From positions 434,001 through 498,000 of the forward strand of contig ML978126.1 in the NCBI GenBank assembly GCA_010015805.1: DNA of 64,000 bases, given 5' to 3'. Both the position numbers and the translations under genes were made by a program. The notes under the pieces were generated by a model that saw only the letters and a list, made by a program, of their open reading frames with translations, did not search any database and was not told the DNA's origin. Below, piece after piece: positions 1-12,116 of this stretch (position 1 is the stretch's first letter; each line of letters starts with the position of its first letter). This DNA is from Rhizodiscina lignyota. Taxonomy: Eukaryota.

Positions 1-57
1 GTATTTCCTGAAACAAATCGAGGCCCCTGTTCAAATTGCATAGATGCCATATCACGA

Positions 58-1002
58 TTACAAAATCAATCTGACCTTCAATAAATCGCCTCTTTCTATG
101 TCCTCCTTGCGTCTCAAAATCTCTTCCATATCCCAGGTGCAGCTTAAATACCTCCCAGCAAGCCAATCTCTTCGTTCCTGCGTCAACCAGGTCACAGTAT
201 CCCCTGCTATCTCTGGAGTATCACCCAGAGCTGCCAGTGTCTCTTTCGGCATCCCTTTTTCAGCCAGTTCCGTCAAAACCCCACCAGGATGCACAGAGTA
301 TGCTAATAGACCTCTGTCAGCTGCTTCAACCAGCAAAAATTCAGTGAACCTGAGCGCTGCGGCTTTGCTGATGCCGTATGCGCTCGCCATGGGCCGGAGA
401 TTATGACTTGCGACAGAGTTGATGTTAACAAGAGTCTTCAGCCCACCGTTGGTGTCCAAAAGCAGCGGTAAGAAATATTTGCTGATGAGATACACGCCTT
501 TTAGATTCACCTCGAATGTGCGCCACCACGTATCCTCATCAGATTCCGTCACCGGCAGAGCGGGTGTCATGAAGCCTGCGTTGTTCACAATTACGTCGAG
601 CCTGCTATTGAACTCTTCCTTGATGAGCTCAGCGGCGTTGCTCACGCTCGCAGATTTGGTAACATCAAGCTTTGTCAAGACTAGCTTCGGCGGTTCAACT
701 GCAGCACTTCTCGCAGCTGCGGCGACATCTTGCGAAAGACTTCCGAAGTCATCGACAATGTCGCCTAGACCTATTGATGCGGCACCCGCTTTGGCGAATG
801 ATAGCGCTATTGCACGACCGATGCCCCGAGAACCACCGGTAATAAAAACGTTGTGACCTCGATGGTTTGACTTGGAGATGAATGGATATGAGTCGGAATG
901 GATTGTCGACGTGAAGGAAGCCCCTGGCAAGAGTAAGATATTAGACACCTTCGGAGAATTGGAATGCTCACCATTATATGGTGCAATTAGAGGGTAAGCC
1001 AT
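58..1002 (-). CDS. Short-chain dehydrogenase/reductase (classical SDR)
   Basis: TGGSRGIG cofactor motif, VNNAG and YGISK (YxxxK) catalytic motif. Likely start is the ATG at 1002 (MAYPLIAP). A probable in-frame 48-nt intron lies at 924-971 (GTGAGC..CTAAT..CAG). Confidence 0.9.
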   Translation of the reverse strand: MAYPLIAPYNGEHSNSPKVSNILLLPGASFTSTIHSDSYPFISKSNHRGHNVFITGGSRGIGRAIALSFAKAGAASIGLGDIVDDFGSLSQDVAAAARSAAVEPPKLVLTKLDVTKSASVSNAAELIKEEFNSRLDVIVNNAGFMTPALPVTESDEDTWWRTFEVNLKGVYLISKYFLPLLLDTNGGLKTLVNINSVASHNLRPMASAYGISKAAALRFTEFLLVEAADRGLLAYSVHPGGVLTELAEKGMPKETLAALGDTPEIAGDTVTWLTQERRDWLAGRYLSCTWDMEEILRRKEDIERGDLLKVRLIL

Positions 1003-2064
1003 CGCAGAATCAACTATTTTGTCTCCTGAGTTCCACAGATTCCCTCCTTTTAACCACACTGTTGTCTTTATAGCTTCAGCGTAAGTGGTATTTAGTAGCT
1101 GAAGGCGTCTGATCATCAATGGACAATGAAATCGGATGATACATCCAGGATACTGATTTAAATATTCTCATCGGCTAACAGTCGTCATATTTCTCCTGCC
1201 CCAAGGCGGACTTTGTATGCTTAGCACCGTATAAGACCGACTTACAGCCTAGCTTCAATGTATAGAGTATACTTATGGCGATTTTCGGCGATTTTGAAGA
1301 CGGCCAAGCTGAAGACGGGGCGTTCGGGCGATCTTCATCAACCCAACTACCTACGGAGTAGCCCCGGCTAGACTCACGGCGGAATTTGGTGAATATGGGT
1401 CCGTTAGGTGCATAAGATAATAGAATGCAAGATTTGTCGTTCCGAAATCTTCAATATTTGGACAGCAAAGCTTTGACCAGAACTGAATTTCTCATCTAAA
1501 ACTACAGTGTAAGCTCCAATTCATATGATATCGTGACTCATAAAATATCATTCACGACCTTGAACTCCTTACTCCATGCATTTCAAGCACCGTAGCAACG
1601 TAGCATTGCCGCAATAAAAATCCCATTGCCGGATACCAGAATCTCCGCCAACGGACTGTCCATTGCCCTTCATGTCCAACTGTTTTTACTTGCTGCGTTC
1701 ACATGCAAATGCAATAACCGAGCAATATCTTTGTGATCGATGGTATCATTAAACATTTCTCAGTGCTGTGGATGATTGGGTCTCGCCTGAACCCATTCCA
1801 TAAAACGCCATAGACGGATTCCGTCTCTTAAAACTTGTTCCACGCTAATTCTATTGAATTTAATGCTCGAGAAATGGGTCGCAGTGCTCGCTTTCGATAA
1901 TTATTGATGGTAAGAGATTCGGGTTGTCTGTGCCATAACCGACGAGTAGGGCCGGCGCGGGTGCGAGGAAGGACTCGGTAAAAGATTGGGCCCCCATTCT
2001 GAATATGATGAGGATGAAGGTTGGGGATGATTCGGTTTTAGATGTGGTCGTTCGTTCCTCGAAC

Positions 2065-2439
2065 CTATTGCGCCGCTTCCGCACGCTTCTTGGCCAGGCC
2101 ACCGAGCTTCTCCGCAGCGCTGCTCAGAGAACGAGGATCAGCTCCCCGGATCATGGGTTGTCCATTGACTGCAACCTGTTTTCCGTCTTTGAAGAACATG
2201 AACGTTGGCATAGCGCTGACGCCGTAAGTGGCCGCGATGTCTTGAGCTTCATCAACATTCACCTTCGCGAACGCGAGGACACCCGGGATGCCGTGTTTCT
2301 TTGCGAGATTGGCGTAGACGGGGGCAATGACTTTGCAAGGTCCGCACCAGTCGGCGAAGAAATCGACGGCTACGTAGGTTGTGCTGGAGAAGAGCTTCTG
2401 GAGCTCGGCTGTTGAGTTGACGTGCTGTAATTCGGTCAT
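2065..2439 (-). CDS. Thioredoxin
   Basis: VDFFADWCGPCK active site and cis-Pro motif AMPTF; start MTELQHV at 2439; no intron seen. Confidence 0.95.
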   Translation of the reverse strand: MTELQHVNSTAELQKLFSSTTYVAVDFFADWCGPCKVIAPVYANLAKKHGIPGVLAFAKVNVDEAQDIAATYGVSAMPTFMFFKDGKQVAVNGQPMIRGADPRSLSSAAEKLGGLAKKRAEAAQ

Positions 2440-2973
2440 GGCTTCAAATTTAGCTGTGATCTTGTTCTTCCTCACGGCCTGATGAGTGATGTGTACGTAT
2501 GTTCAGATGGGTTCGATTTAATGTATCCACTGCAACTCTATCAGTGCCGACTTGTCTTTATATGTTCGAAGGCGGAGGTGGAAAGGACCAGAAGCGCGGA
2601 TGATTTATCACCTCTCTCTCATCGAAACAGGCTTAGCTGATCGCGCTTATCTAATCAGTACTATAAGAGGCTGAGTTGAGTAGAATGCGTTTACTCCGGG
2701 ATGATTCCATATCATATCTACTTCCTAATTTTACATATGGCCGACGCTCTATTTCTCATCTAGAACTGTTTGTTGGCAGATGCGAGATGACATATAAGAC
2801 GTCTCGGCGGAGTCTCGGAGACCTGATTTGAACGCCGAAGTTGGAACACGATTGTCTGTGACACTAATATGCTCGCATCTACCGAGTATAGCAGCTAATT
2901 GTTTCATCAAAATGTGTCTTTACACGTCGGAAGCTGGATGCATGAGCTGGTTTCCTGTGAATTGAACGTGTAC

Positions 2974-5920
2974 TTAATGAAAGTCAATTCCATCAAACAC
3001 CGACGTGCCGTATTCGAACGAAGCTCTTGAATTTGCAACAACACCGGCATCAGTCCTGGTCCTATTTCTTGGGATTCTGACCGTCGACCCAATTTGTGAC
3101 CACGAGGAACCATCTTCGGAATAGTAACCGCTCACCAATGATCCTGAAACATTGACTCTCACCCACAATGGTGGCGTTAACCCGGTCACCGTCGTTGAAT
3201 TTGTTAAATATCCATTTCCTCCTTCATCCCAAGCGAAGACCAGTCCTTGTCGGGCGGTAACGTACGTTGCTGCATAACCTGTCGCGTTCACATGCCTAGA
3301 ATCGTCCGGCGGCGTAAGATTCTCGAAGCTGTCTCGTACTGCAGCACCAGCCATTGAGCCCGGAACGACAGGATCAACAGAGAGCACATTCGCTGTGACA
3401 CTTCCATTGGACGCAATCACGGAAGGCTTATACACAGCCGCCCAATCGTCGTAAGTCCCGTTCGTATTCCTGCCGCCTGTTCGAATTGCCACTTGCTTGC
3501 AGCTTTGGCCAAAACTTGCCGGCCAAGTGGAAGAAGTCGACCAATGTCCACCGAGCGGAAGATAGCCCATTGCCGTGCTATTGGCGGTGATACTTTTCGT
3601 TTCCTTCGTGCGAAGGTTTGTATACGTCGCGCGAACTGAGACAAATGGCAGAGTGCATCCATCTGGCTCGAAATCCCAAGTGGCAGTCGCAACACCATCG
3701 GCCGGCACACTCGACGGGAGATGCACTGGCTTGGCTTGGCTACTGCCAGTAGAGATTTTGATATCTTCAACATGGAAATCTGCGTCGTCGAAGTTCCAGA
3801 GCGTCGCAATGAGCTGTCCATTGGTAGTTGACGGAAATCCCAAGCCCAGATATGCGTCCGAAATGGGCGGATTGCTAACAGGTCTTCCCAATCTTTCAGC
3901 GGGCGGAATGCCTGCTCTGTATGCTACTCTCTGGCCCTCTGGCTTTGTCTGCAGCAGATTCCCTACAACAAAGTTCCTGTGGAATGTGGAATTGAAATAT
4001 CCGGTGCCATTTGGTGCATACGTATAATCCCATCCAGGTTCCCAGAGTCCAAAGTTATCCATAAGAGTCAAGTTGCCAGTATTCAAGCTGCCGCTAGGAG
4101 GTTGATTGGGATTGTACCAGCCAAATCCATTTCCCCATTCGCCGAGAAACGAGTTGTTTAAGATAATGTAGCTGTTCGAGCCCTATTGTATGTCAGAAGC
4201 ATCTCACAATCAAAGGGAATCGTGTGAGCTTACCTCGTCACAATATACTCCGTACCACGAAGTGTTCAACGAATAATTTTCTGTGATGTACGTGCTGGGG
4301 CTCCTCGACAGCGTATATATAGCGCCCAGATCTGTATGGGAGAACCCATAGTCACGGATTATATTTCCATGAACTACATTATTCATCAGCGTCGTTGGCG
4401 TCTCGAACATTGGCTGGTATTTATAGGTGCCGAAGCTGACATATAGCGGACTCCCACCCGCGTCGTTCATGCCCCAGCCATAGCCAAGACATATCCCCGA
4501 ATAAGGTGTATGCGAAATGTCGTTGTTCGAAATGCTAGAATACTGCAGATACGTGAACATAATCGGGACAGTAGAACTGAAGAGGCTGGATGTGTTGTAG
4601 AATATATTTTTCGTGGCATGGATGCCTGAAACGATCATACTCGACGAATTGGGATGGTGAGCGGGAATGTTGATGCCACCGGCGTAGATGGAGTTCCCCA
4701 TGACTTGCGTAAAGTAGCCTTTGCTGACCGTGACGTTCTTCGCTCCGAGTCCAAGGCCAGAGACATGTGCGTTGGGGTCATTGCCAATACCGAAGCCGCC
4801 AGCGCCCAGTTGCGTGTACGTTCCTCCCGTGAAGGCGATGTTGTGTGCAGCGCTGATTTGAATTGCTCCGGGATTCTGGTACCAGTATTCTCTCGAGGCT
4901 TCGAATTCCGGATAAGTGACATTCTGGCCGATATAACCTCCTGTTTGTTGATCGGCGTATCCGTACGCTCCAGGCCGCAACCATGTCGAATGTGCCTGAA
5001 AATGTCAGTTGTGGCCACTGATGCTTTCACCCACTTACAAAGTTGAGCTTCTCAAATGCAATATCGTGAGCCGGATCATCATACGAAGACCCACAAATGA
5101 CAACAATCGCCTCCAGAAGCCCAAGATATGTATTTGCCGTGGCCATATCTTCTCCTTCCAGTGGCATGTAGTACACAATCCCCTTTTCCGAGTCCAAATA
5201 GTACTCTCCGCCCTCGTCCAAGAGTGCAAGCGCATTTTGCACCCAAAGTCCAAAATCCGCATATGGGGCAAGAAATGTATCCCAACCAACAACCTGGTTC
5301 TTCCACGTGTCCTGTGCCATGATCAAACTTCGATTACCGACCGCTTCAATCGGCGCATAATGGTCCGTGAAGGACTGCAGAGAGCGTAATTCCGCACCAG
5401 CGATCCCTGGAGTTGTCATTAACCAATCGTATGCAGGGCTGTCCCAGTCATAAGTATAGTTGGTCCCTTTGAAGTACGTTCGATTGAGCTCCACGCGAGC
5501 ATATTGTGCTGCCCATCCATTGACGAATAGATTCCGTGACTGCGTTCCTTTGGGAACAGAAGCATGGTAGATACCGGAGGTGTCATTCTTAGTCCACCCT
5601 GTGACTTTCATACCGCCAGATATGGTTGCATTCGAACCGGTTGCCCTCCAGAACACAGTGTGTCCATTCTGGCCAGAGTCTGCTGTGGTTAAGTTCAGTG
5701 GAGAGTCCAGGTAATATGTTCCATCAGCAATGTGAACAGTAATATCATCGGTCATTCCATTCTTAATGATCTTTCGAATGGCATTTTGAGCTTCATCTAG
5801 GCTGTCGTATGTATTCTGGTGACCATCGCTTGCGGCATTTGGAGAGACATAGAGATCCAGGGCATGAACTGTTGACTGGATGGACAAAAACGACAAGAGG
5901 AGATATCGCAGAAGCTTCAT
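2974..5920 (-). CDS. Secreted right-handed beta-helix (pectin-lyase fold, GH141-like) protein with C-terminal Ig/NEW3-like and ConA-like domains
   Basis: Signal peptide MKLLRYLLLSFLSIQSTVHA, then LYVSP...DGTYYLDSPL...ISGG and beta-helix motifs (TPYSGICLGYGWG, DLGAIYTLS, YGVYCDEGS). Three ORF blocks join via GTAAGT/GTAAGC introns at ~4996-5038 and ~4183-4233. Confidence 0.75.
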
Positions 5921-6949
5921 GATGCCCAATCTCCCGTTGAAATCAGGGAAGACATCACAGTGAGAGAGCAAAGTAACACAACTACTTTCAAGGTTCAACA
6001 ACTTGAGTAAGCCTCTGGCTTTCCAAGCGCAAAGTTGCCTCTGTTTGGGCAGCGAACTCCGCACTTGGCGCTGGGGGCATTTTTCCTTCTTGATCAAGCT
6101 CTCATACATACACCTAGAGGATTCCGAAGAAACCCACCAAATGCGAGGCTGCGGAACGTGCGCTGTTAAATGTGAGGACGTGGTTCTGCTTTCATTAACC
6201 ATGCGTTAACCATCGGCATAAGTTCATCCTATTGGTGGAGAATGGAGGGTCCTGTAGACCCATATCTTCTAAATTGTGGTGCAAGCCTCGCGGACGCGTT
6301 CTGCAAGGTACGATGTCAGTACCGTCGTATTGTTAAAGGTGGTTGAAAAGAGGGATGTCGATCTTCTGGCCAGAGCCGGCATTTCTCCGGTCATACAGCG
6401 GCAGTGCGGAGCGAATTGCTCTTTTGGTGAGCTGTTGCTAGGATTTTTCTCCCCGCTCCCCACTCGATATTGACCAAACTTGCCCTTTCACTTGTCGACA
6501 ACGATCACGAGGGTGATAAAATAGTTGAGTCCTATGAAGTTTGAACGTATTCAGCAGAAGCGAGGTTTCCTCTTCAACGCTAGCGAGAGTATCTCTGAAA
6601 GGTTAATAAGCTATATACTAGAGTTCGTTTATCTAAAACACTTAGCTTCAGCGTGTAGAACTTATATTAACTATCGAGATAAATCCTCGTAGTTCTACAT
6701 ATTACAGCCACGACCCAACTATTTTGTCACCCACTTGGACGATATCCACGCAGAACATATGACCCGGGGAGATTGTTACCGGACTACTTAAATTTACTGT
6801 TTCGACCTCATTCATGGACGCAAATACAGAGTCAGGGGCTCTGAATACGATGTCTATTGTCTCTTAGACTATGCCTGATTTACAGCTAGGTACATAACTG
6901 TGGGTTTCTGCTCCCCAAAGTGGCTCAGAAACATCTTTCGAACGGAAGA

Positions 6950-8938
6950 TCACAGCTTGGCCTTTTCTACTCCCTCGCTCTTCGCCTTGTCCTTCAGCAC
7001 TCTTCTTAGGATCTTTCCTGAAGCGCTCTTCGGAACTTCATCGATAAACATTATACCTCCCCTTAGCCGCTTGTGAGGCGCAACCTTTCCAGCGACCCAA
7101 CTAGCGATCTCATTCGCCGTCTTGTCGCTCTGCTCGACACCCTTCTTCAATACACAATACGCTCGCGGTAGTTCTGTCGCCTGCTCCGTGTCATATACTC
7201 CAATGACAGCCGCGTCTGTTATGCTGGGATGGTCGACCAGCAGTCCCTCCAGCTCGGCCGGAGGTACTTGAAAGCCCTTGTACTTGATAAGCTCCTTAAG
7301 GCGCTCTGTGATGTACATATTTCCTTCTTTATCTTGAAACCCGATGTCGCCGGTCTTGAAGAAGCCGTCAGGAGTCAAGGCGTTTGCGGTGGCCTCAGGA
7401 TTGTTTAGATACCCCTTGAAAATGTTCGGGCCTTTGATCCAGAGTTCTCCAGTTTCGCCGATTGGAACCTCTTCCCCCTCTGGAGACACATATTTCGCAG
7501 TCTGATTCGCCACAAGCTTCCCTACTGATCCGATATGGACGCGCCAGTCTTCCCACTCCTGCGTGTGCGTCGTCGGGCTAGTTTCAGTGAGACCGTAGCC
7601 CTGCTTTACTTTCAATCCGAGCCTCTCATACAAGCTCTCTTGGAGCTCTCGTGTCATTGGCGCTGCGCCACAGTTCTATCACGAATAAGCACTGAATGTA
7701 GCAGATGGATGAGCCTATAAACTTACGAGCATTTTTATGGAACTCAGGTCGTATTTCTCTACCACTGGATGCTTCGCCAACGCCAAGACGATCGGAGGGA
7801 CCAGGTAGACGAAAGAGACCTTGTGCTCTTGAACAAGTTGACAAAAGCGTTCGATATCGAATTTTACCATACAGACTAGCACCCAGCCTTGGTAAAGAGC
7901 GAAATGTAGTTGACATGTCAACCCTAGTGTAGTAATTAGTCATTTAACTCTTCAGCATCTGTTCAATTGCATCTATTGAGCTTACCGTAGATGTGGAAGA
8001 AGGGGAGAAATGCAAGTACTCGCTCCCCTTGGCCGTCCGGGCCTCCGTTGGGATCTAGACGATTCTCTACGGTGCAAGCTTGCAGGACATTGGCCACTAT
8101 GTTTCTGTGTGTCAACATCACCCCCTTTGGTAGTCCTGAATCCCATTAGCCCTCTGACCTGGCCCATTCGTGTGGCTTGCTCTTGCCTACCAGTTGTACC
8201 AGACGAGTATACCAAGAATGCCAGATCATCTTGCGGATTTATCTTCGTCTTTCTGTATCGTGCTGCCCCAGAGATATTCCTGATACCTAGGTTTCCCAAT
8301 TAGACAGGTTCTATCCTTAATGCATGAGATGTCTCTCGTACTTGTGAAGTGCTTATGCCTCGCTGTCGGGTCCCTTTCATCGCCCATCAATATAATCATC
8401 TCTGGCGGGATGCCCACACTTTTCGCCGCCTCGACCGCTGTTTTCAAGAACGGCCGTTGGGTAACGATCGCTCTGGCGCCTGAGTCCTTCAATTGATATG
8501 CTAGTTCCTTCACAGTATATGCGGGATTTGCTGGAGACACGATGCCGCCAGCCCAGAGACATCCCCACACTATCGGTGGAAAGTCGATGCAGTTTGGTGT
8601 GTATAAGGCGAGGACGTCGCCCTTGCGCCATTCCCATACTGCCTTGAGGCCTTTGCCGAAGTCGAGAGCGGTGCTTTTGACGCTTGCGAAGGTATAGCTG
8701 CGTTTCGTCTCACTATCAACGTAGATTACTGTGAGGCTTAGTCAGTAACTAGTGGATAACGTTGGATTTCTGGGTAAATCAGATCCAGCAAGGATTAGAA
8801 GTTCATAGTAGAGGTATGAACAGGATTCATCAACTCACCTTTATTATCAGGGTAGGGCTTGTCTTTTCTTTCGAACATGAACTGGAATATGTCCTGATTC
8901 GGAATGTCGATGTGGGGATATGGCGACGAGGTAGGCAT
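6950..8938 (-). CDS. Peroxisomal 4-coumarate/phenylacetate-CoA ligase-like AMP-binding enzyme
   Basis: YSSGTTG, QGYGLTET, GELWIKGP, FKTGDIG and PKSASGKILRR adenylation motifs. Multi-exon, start MPTSSPYP at 8938, C-terminal AKL (PTS1). Confidence 0.93.
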
Positions 8939-9140
8939 GTTGACTGCTTTCTTGGAATAAATACGGTCTTTGGAATAGACGTAGGCCAAGCAATGAAAAG
9001 AGAAGATGGAAAATCAGATCTTATAGCGGCCACCCTCTCTTTGGCTTCCAATTGCTCAGCTTCCACTGTGTATCAAAGCTCTCTCTGCGAGATCAATAAT
9101 AGCTTCGATTAGCCTCCCCGCGCAGGCCGTGTTCCGGCGA

Positions 9141-9185
9141 CCGAGGCCTTTGCTAGTTATGGCTTAGCGCATACCGATACCGAGG
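9141..9185. promoter_or_regulatory. Two CCGAGG (CCTCGG) FarA/FarB/CTF1-type sites in a divergent promoter
   Basis: CCGAGG at 9141-9146 and 9180-9185, within the ~400-bp spacer between two PTS1-bearing genes. Confidence 0.55.
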
Positions 9186-9336
9186 ATGGCCGAACTTTCC
9201 CAAGTTCGAACCAACGTCGAATTGTACTTGAATTGATACTGGACCCAGTATAGAGCCGTAACTACCCTAAACTGCTGAGGAGAGCCAATTGCCACTCCAA
9301 GGGCTCCCGGAAACCTCTACGGAGTTCATCGCTGCT

Positions 9337-10340
9337 ATGGCGACTCGATTTGACAAAGCCACCGAGATACGGCAGGTCGACTCACACACATATTCTGCGC
9401 ATTTCCCCGATGAATGGTGTATAGGCACAGGTCCGTGGCACAAAGATAGACGAAATCCTTTCCGCTAATTGGTGCAGTCCCAAATGGCGGCTTCATCACG
9501 TCGTGCTTTATGCTCGTCGCCTCCAAACACTTCTCCACTACCCTCGCGAAGCAGAACCAACCCCACACCATGACGCTCCACCTGGAATTTATGCGACGCA
9601 CTCAAAAAGGTCCCGCGACGTTCAAAGTCAAGGACATGAAGCTCGGGAGACAAGCATCAGTGATACACGTTTCGCTGGTGCAAGATGGTAGAGAAGAGGT
9701 GGTAGGATACCTGAGCAATACCAACATGCACACAGAAGAGGGCGCATCGTTCCCAACAGACTGGGAAATGCACCCGCCGCCTCTACCGGCAGACCACTCA
9801 AAATTCGAGAAGGATGAGGATCCCCATTGGATCGAACAGAAACGAATGCCTTTCGCAGGGTTCCGGAAGTCTTCAACCAGAATGAAATGGTTCTTCCCAA
9901 GGAAAGGACAACGGTTGAGAAGCATATCCGACGAATGGGTACGATGGAGCTCCGGCGAGAAGTTTTCCCAAGAGAGCTTAGGATTCGTGTGTGACAATTT
10001 CCCTCTAGTCGTTGAATCGTATGTCAAAGATAGGCCGTATGACGTGAAGGAGGGCGAAGATGAGAAGAAAGATGAGAAGAACAAGATGACACCGGCTCGA
10101 TTCTGGTACCCAACTTTATTACTGAATTTAGATGTCAAGAAAGCGCTTCCTCCAGATGGAGTGGATTATTTGTTTGTGAGGGCGCAGTCGAAGCAAATTA
10201 AGAACGGTCGACACGACATTGAAGTGACCATTCTGGATGAGCAAGGAGATCTAGTCGCTCTAAGCCATCATGTTGTTCTCGTGGTTGATTCGAGCAGAAA
10301 TCTTGCAGAAAGGCGGAAACAAGACGCTTCAAAATTATAG
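9337..10340 (+). CDS. Peroxisomal HotDog-fold (TesB-like) acyl-CoA thioesterase
   Basis: Exon 1 MATRFDKAT...EWCIGT, intron ~9431-9477, then VPNGG; WYPTLLLNLDVKK and GRHDIEVTILDEQGDLVALSHH motifs; C-terminal SKL. Confidence 0.88.
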
Positions 10341-10883
10341 AGGATCAGATAGTGCTCTAAGCTAGACCCTGGATATCCATAGAGGGAGCAAAGAAGCATT
10401 TCGAAATGTTATATTGAAGACTATGGTCTAAGTCTTGCCAGAATGAAAAAAGGGCTTTCCTGAAGGGCTTTGAGCACACAGAGAAGCCAGACCTACGCTT
10501 TATGTCTGCAGGCTTGCACAGCCGACGCATACCAAAATTCCAACGCTTCAATTGCTGCTACGGGAAGTAAATCAAACTGACACAAAGCGTACGTTGAAAC
10601 GGTGCCGTAGGCAGTAGAGAAGACACTGGGAGAGGATTGCCTAGAAGAAGTGAGAGTCAGTCAGTGCGCAATATGGGAAGAGGGAACAAATCGGTTCCGA
10701 ATGTGGTATTTGTACAAGCCCTAGGCTCCCGATTGCTGTGTGAACCACAGCTGATGTTACTATCATGACTGGTACGACGCTATCGAGCGCCGAATTCGCT
10801 GTGCTGTCCTCCATCACAATGCTCCTTTCTCCTCTGCTCCCGCTTCTAATCGTCACATCGTCACATCGACCTTTCGATCCGCT

Positions 10884-12116
10884 TCAATCGCGCCTTGATG
10901 AACGGTACCGCTCCTTATCGTACTTTCGATCCTTCTCCCGATCCTTGCGACTACGATATCCGTCATCGGGAGAGGCACTTCTGTCCCGACCCGACCGATG
11001 GCGCCGGTCGTCATAACCTCGTTGATCGTCTTTCTTGCTTCGATGTCTGCGGTCTGTGGATGAACTCCTGTTTCGACGAGAGTCCCGGTGCTTGCGCTCT
11101 TCGTAGTCTCGGCTTCTCTCCCTACGCTTACGGTCTCTGTCTCTTGAGTCGTAGCCATGCTCTTCCCGGTGTTTACGGTGCTTCGATGACGAATCATGAT
11201 CTCTATCCGATTCATGCTTCGCTCCGTCCTTCTCTGGTAAGTAACGGATTAAGGTCTGGTCTTCGAGTTTCCGCTTCAGCTCTTCTTCCGTGAATTGCTT
11301 CCCCGTCTTTTTGTTCTCCATCATCACCGGGTTGTAGCCAATATCCACCTTCTTCTTGCCTTTGGCACTCTTTCCCCAGGCGCCAAGCTCGACCCCGACA
11401 GCTGCATCCTGCTTGGCGCCGATACCCAGCAGTGCTGGCCGATGTTTGATGAGTGTGGGCTTTGAAGCTGCTTGTCCCTTCTCCTTGCCAATGTCTTCGC
11501 CATCTTTCCAGCCCATGCCTCGTAGCAAAGCCGCGCCAAATTCTTCTACGGGGACCGCTGCATAATCCGCCAGAGTTGGGACGTCAGGAGCTTCGCGATA
11601 ATCGCGGTTGAACACCTCTTCCTCGGTTTCAACATTTGGGAGAACGAGGTCCGACTTCGCTTTTTCTCCTAGGAGGGCGGCTAGCGCTCTCTCATCGTCC
11701 GTCATCGTCTTCTTCTCGTCCTTCGTCTCTGCCGCAATATGCTCGACTTCAACCTCTTGCTTCTCCATAACATTCAATCCATATGACTTTGGCGCGCCAT
11801 TCTTCTCGTCTGGCATATCTCGTCCATTTCTTTCTTCTCCCGGTAGGCCCGTCTTCTGTCTCTTCCGTCGGCTCTCCTCCATCCAGTCACGATTCGGCTG
11901 AGCCTTGATTACCAACGGCTCCCTTTTCTTGGGTGTATGCTTCTCATGTATAGCGCCGCCAGCAGCAAGGTCAAAATGTGAAACCTCGTGTGCCTTGCCT
12001 TCTGCATCGTCTTCGAGATCGGAGTCATGATCGCCAAGCGCAGGTTTTCGTGTTGGAGGTGGGGGAACTGTGGTCTTTTTGGTTCCCAGCGTGAGGGAGA
12101 ACCGAGGGCCAGACAT
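10884..12116 (-). CDS. SPP2: Pre-mRNA splicing factor Spp2 (G-patch protein)
   Basis: DYAAVPVEEFGAALLRGMGWK...RPALLGIGAK Spp2/MOS2 G-patch followed by an RD/RS-rich tail. Confidence 0.88.
   Translation of the reverse strand: MSGPRFSLTLGTKKTTVPPPPTRKPALGDHDSDLEDDAEGKAHEVSHFDLAAGGAIHEKHTPKKREPLVIKAQPNRDWMEESRRKRQKTGLPGEERNGRDMPDEKNGAPKSYGLNVMEKQEVEVEHIAAETKDEKKTMTDDERALAALLGEKAKSDLVLPNVETEEEVFNRDYREAPDVPTLADYAAVPVEEFGAALLRGMGWKDGEDIGKEKGQAASKPTLIKHRPALLGIGAKQDAAVGVELGAWGKSAKGKKKVDIGYNPVMMENKKTGKQFTEEELKRKLEDQTLIRYLPEKDGAKHESDRDHDSSSKHRKHREEHGYDSRDRDRKRRERSRDYEERKHRDSRRNRSSSTDRRHRSKKDDQRGYDDRRHRSGRDRSASPDDGYRSRKDREKDRKYDKERYRSSRRD

Noticed and set aside
5921..6202. 95-aa N-terminal extension of the beta-helix protein in the ORF track
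   Set aside because: The signal peptide begins at the ATG at 5920; the extension does not look like protein.
6560..6720. AT/TpA-rich patches (also ~12280-12400) suggestive of RIP
   Set aside because: Too short, with no transposon remnants or repeats; consistent with ordinary promoter or terminator sequence.
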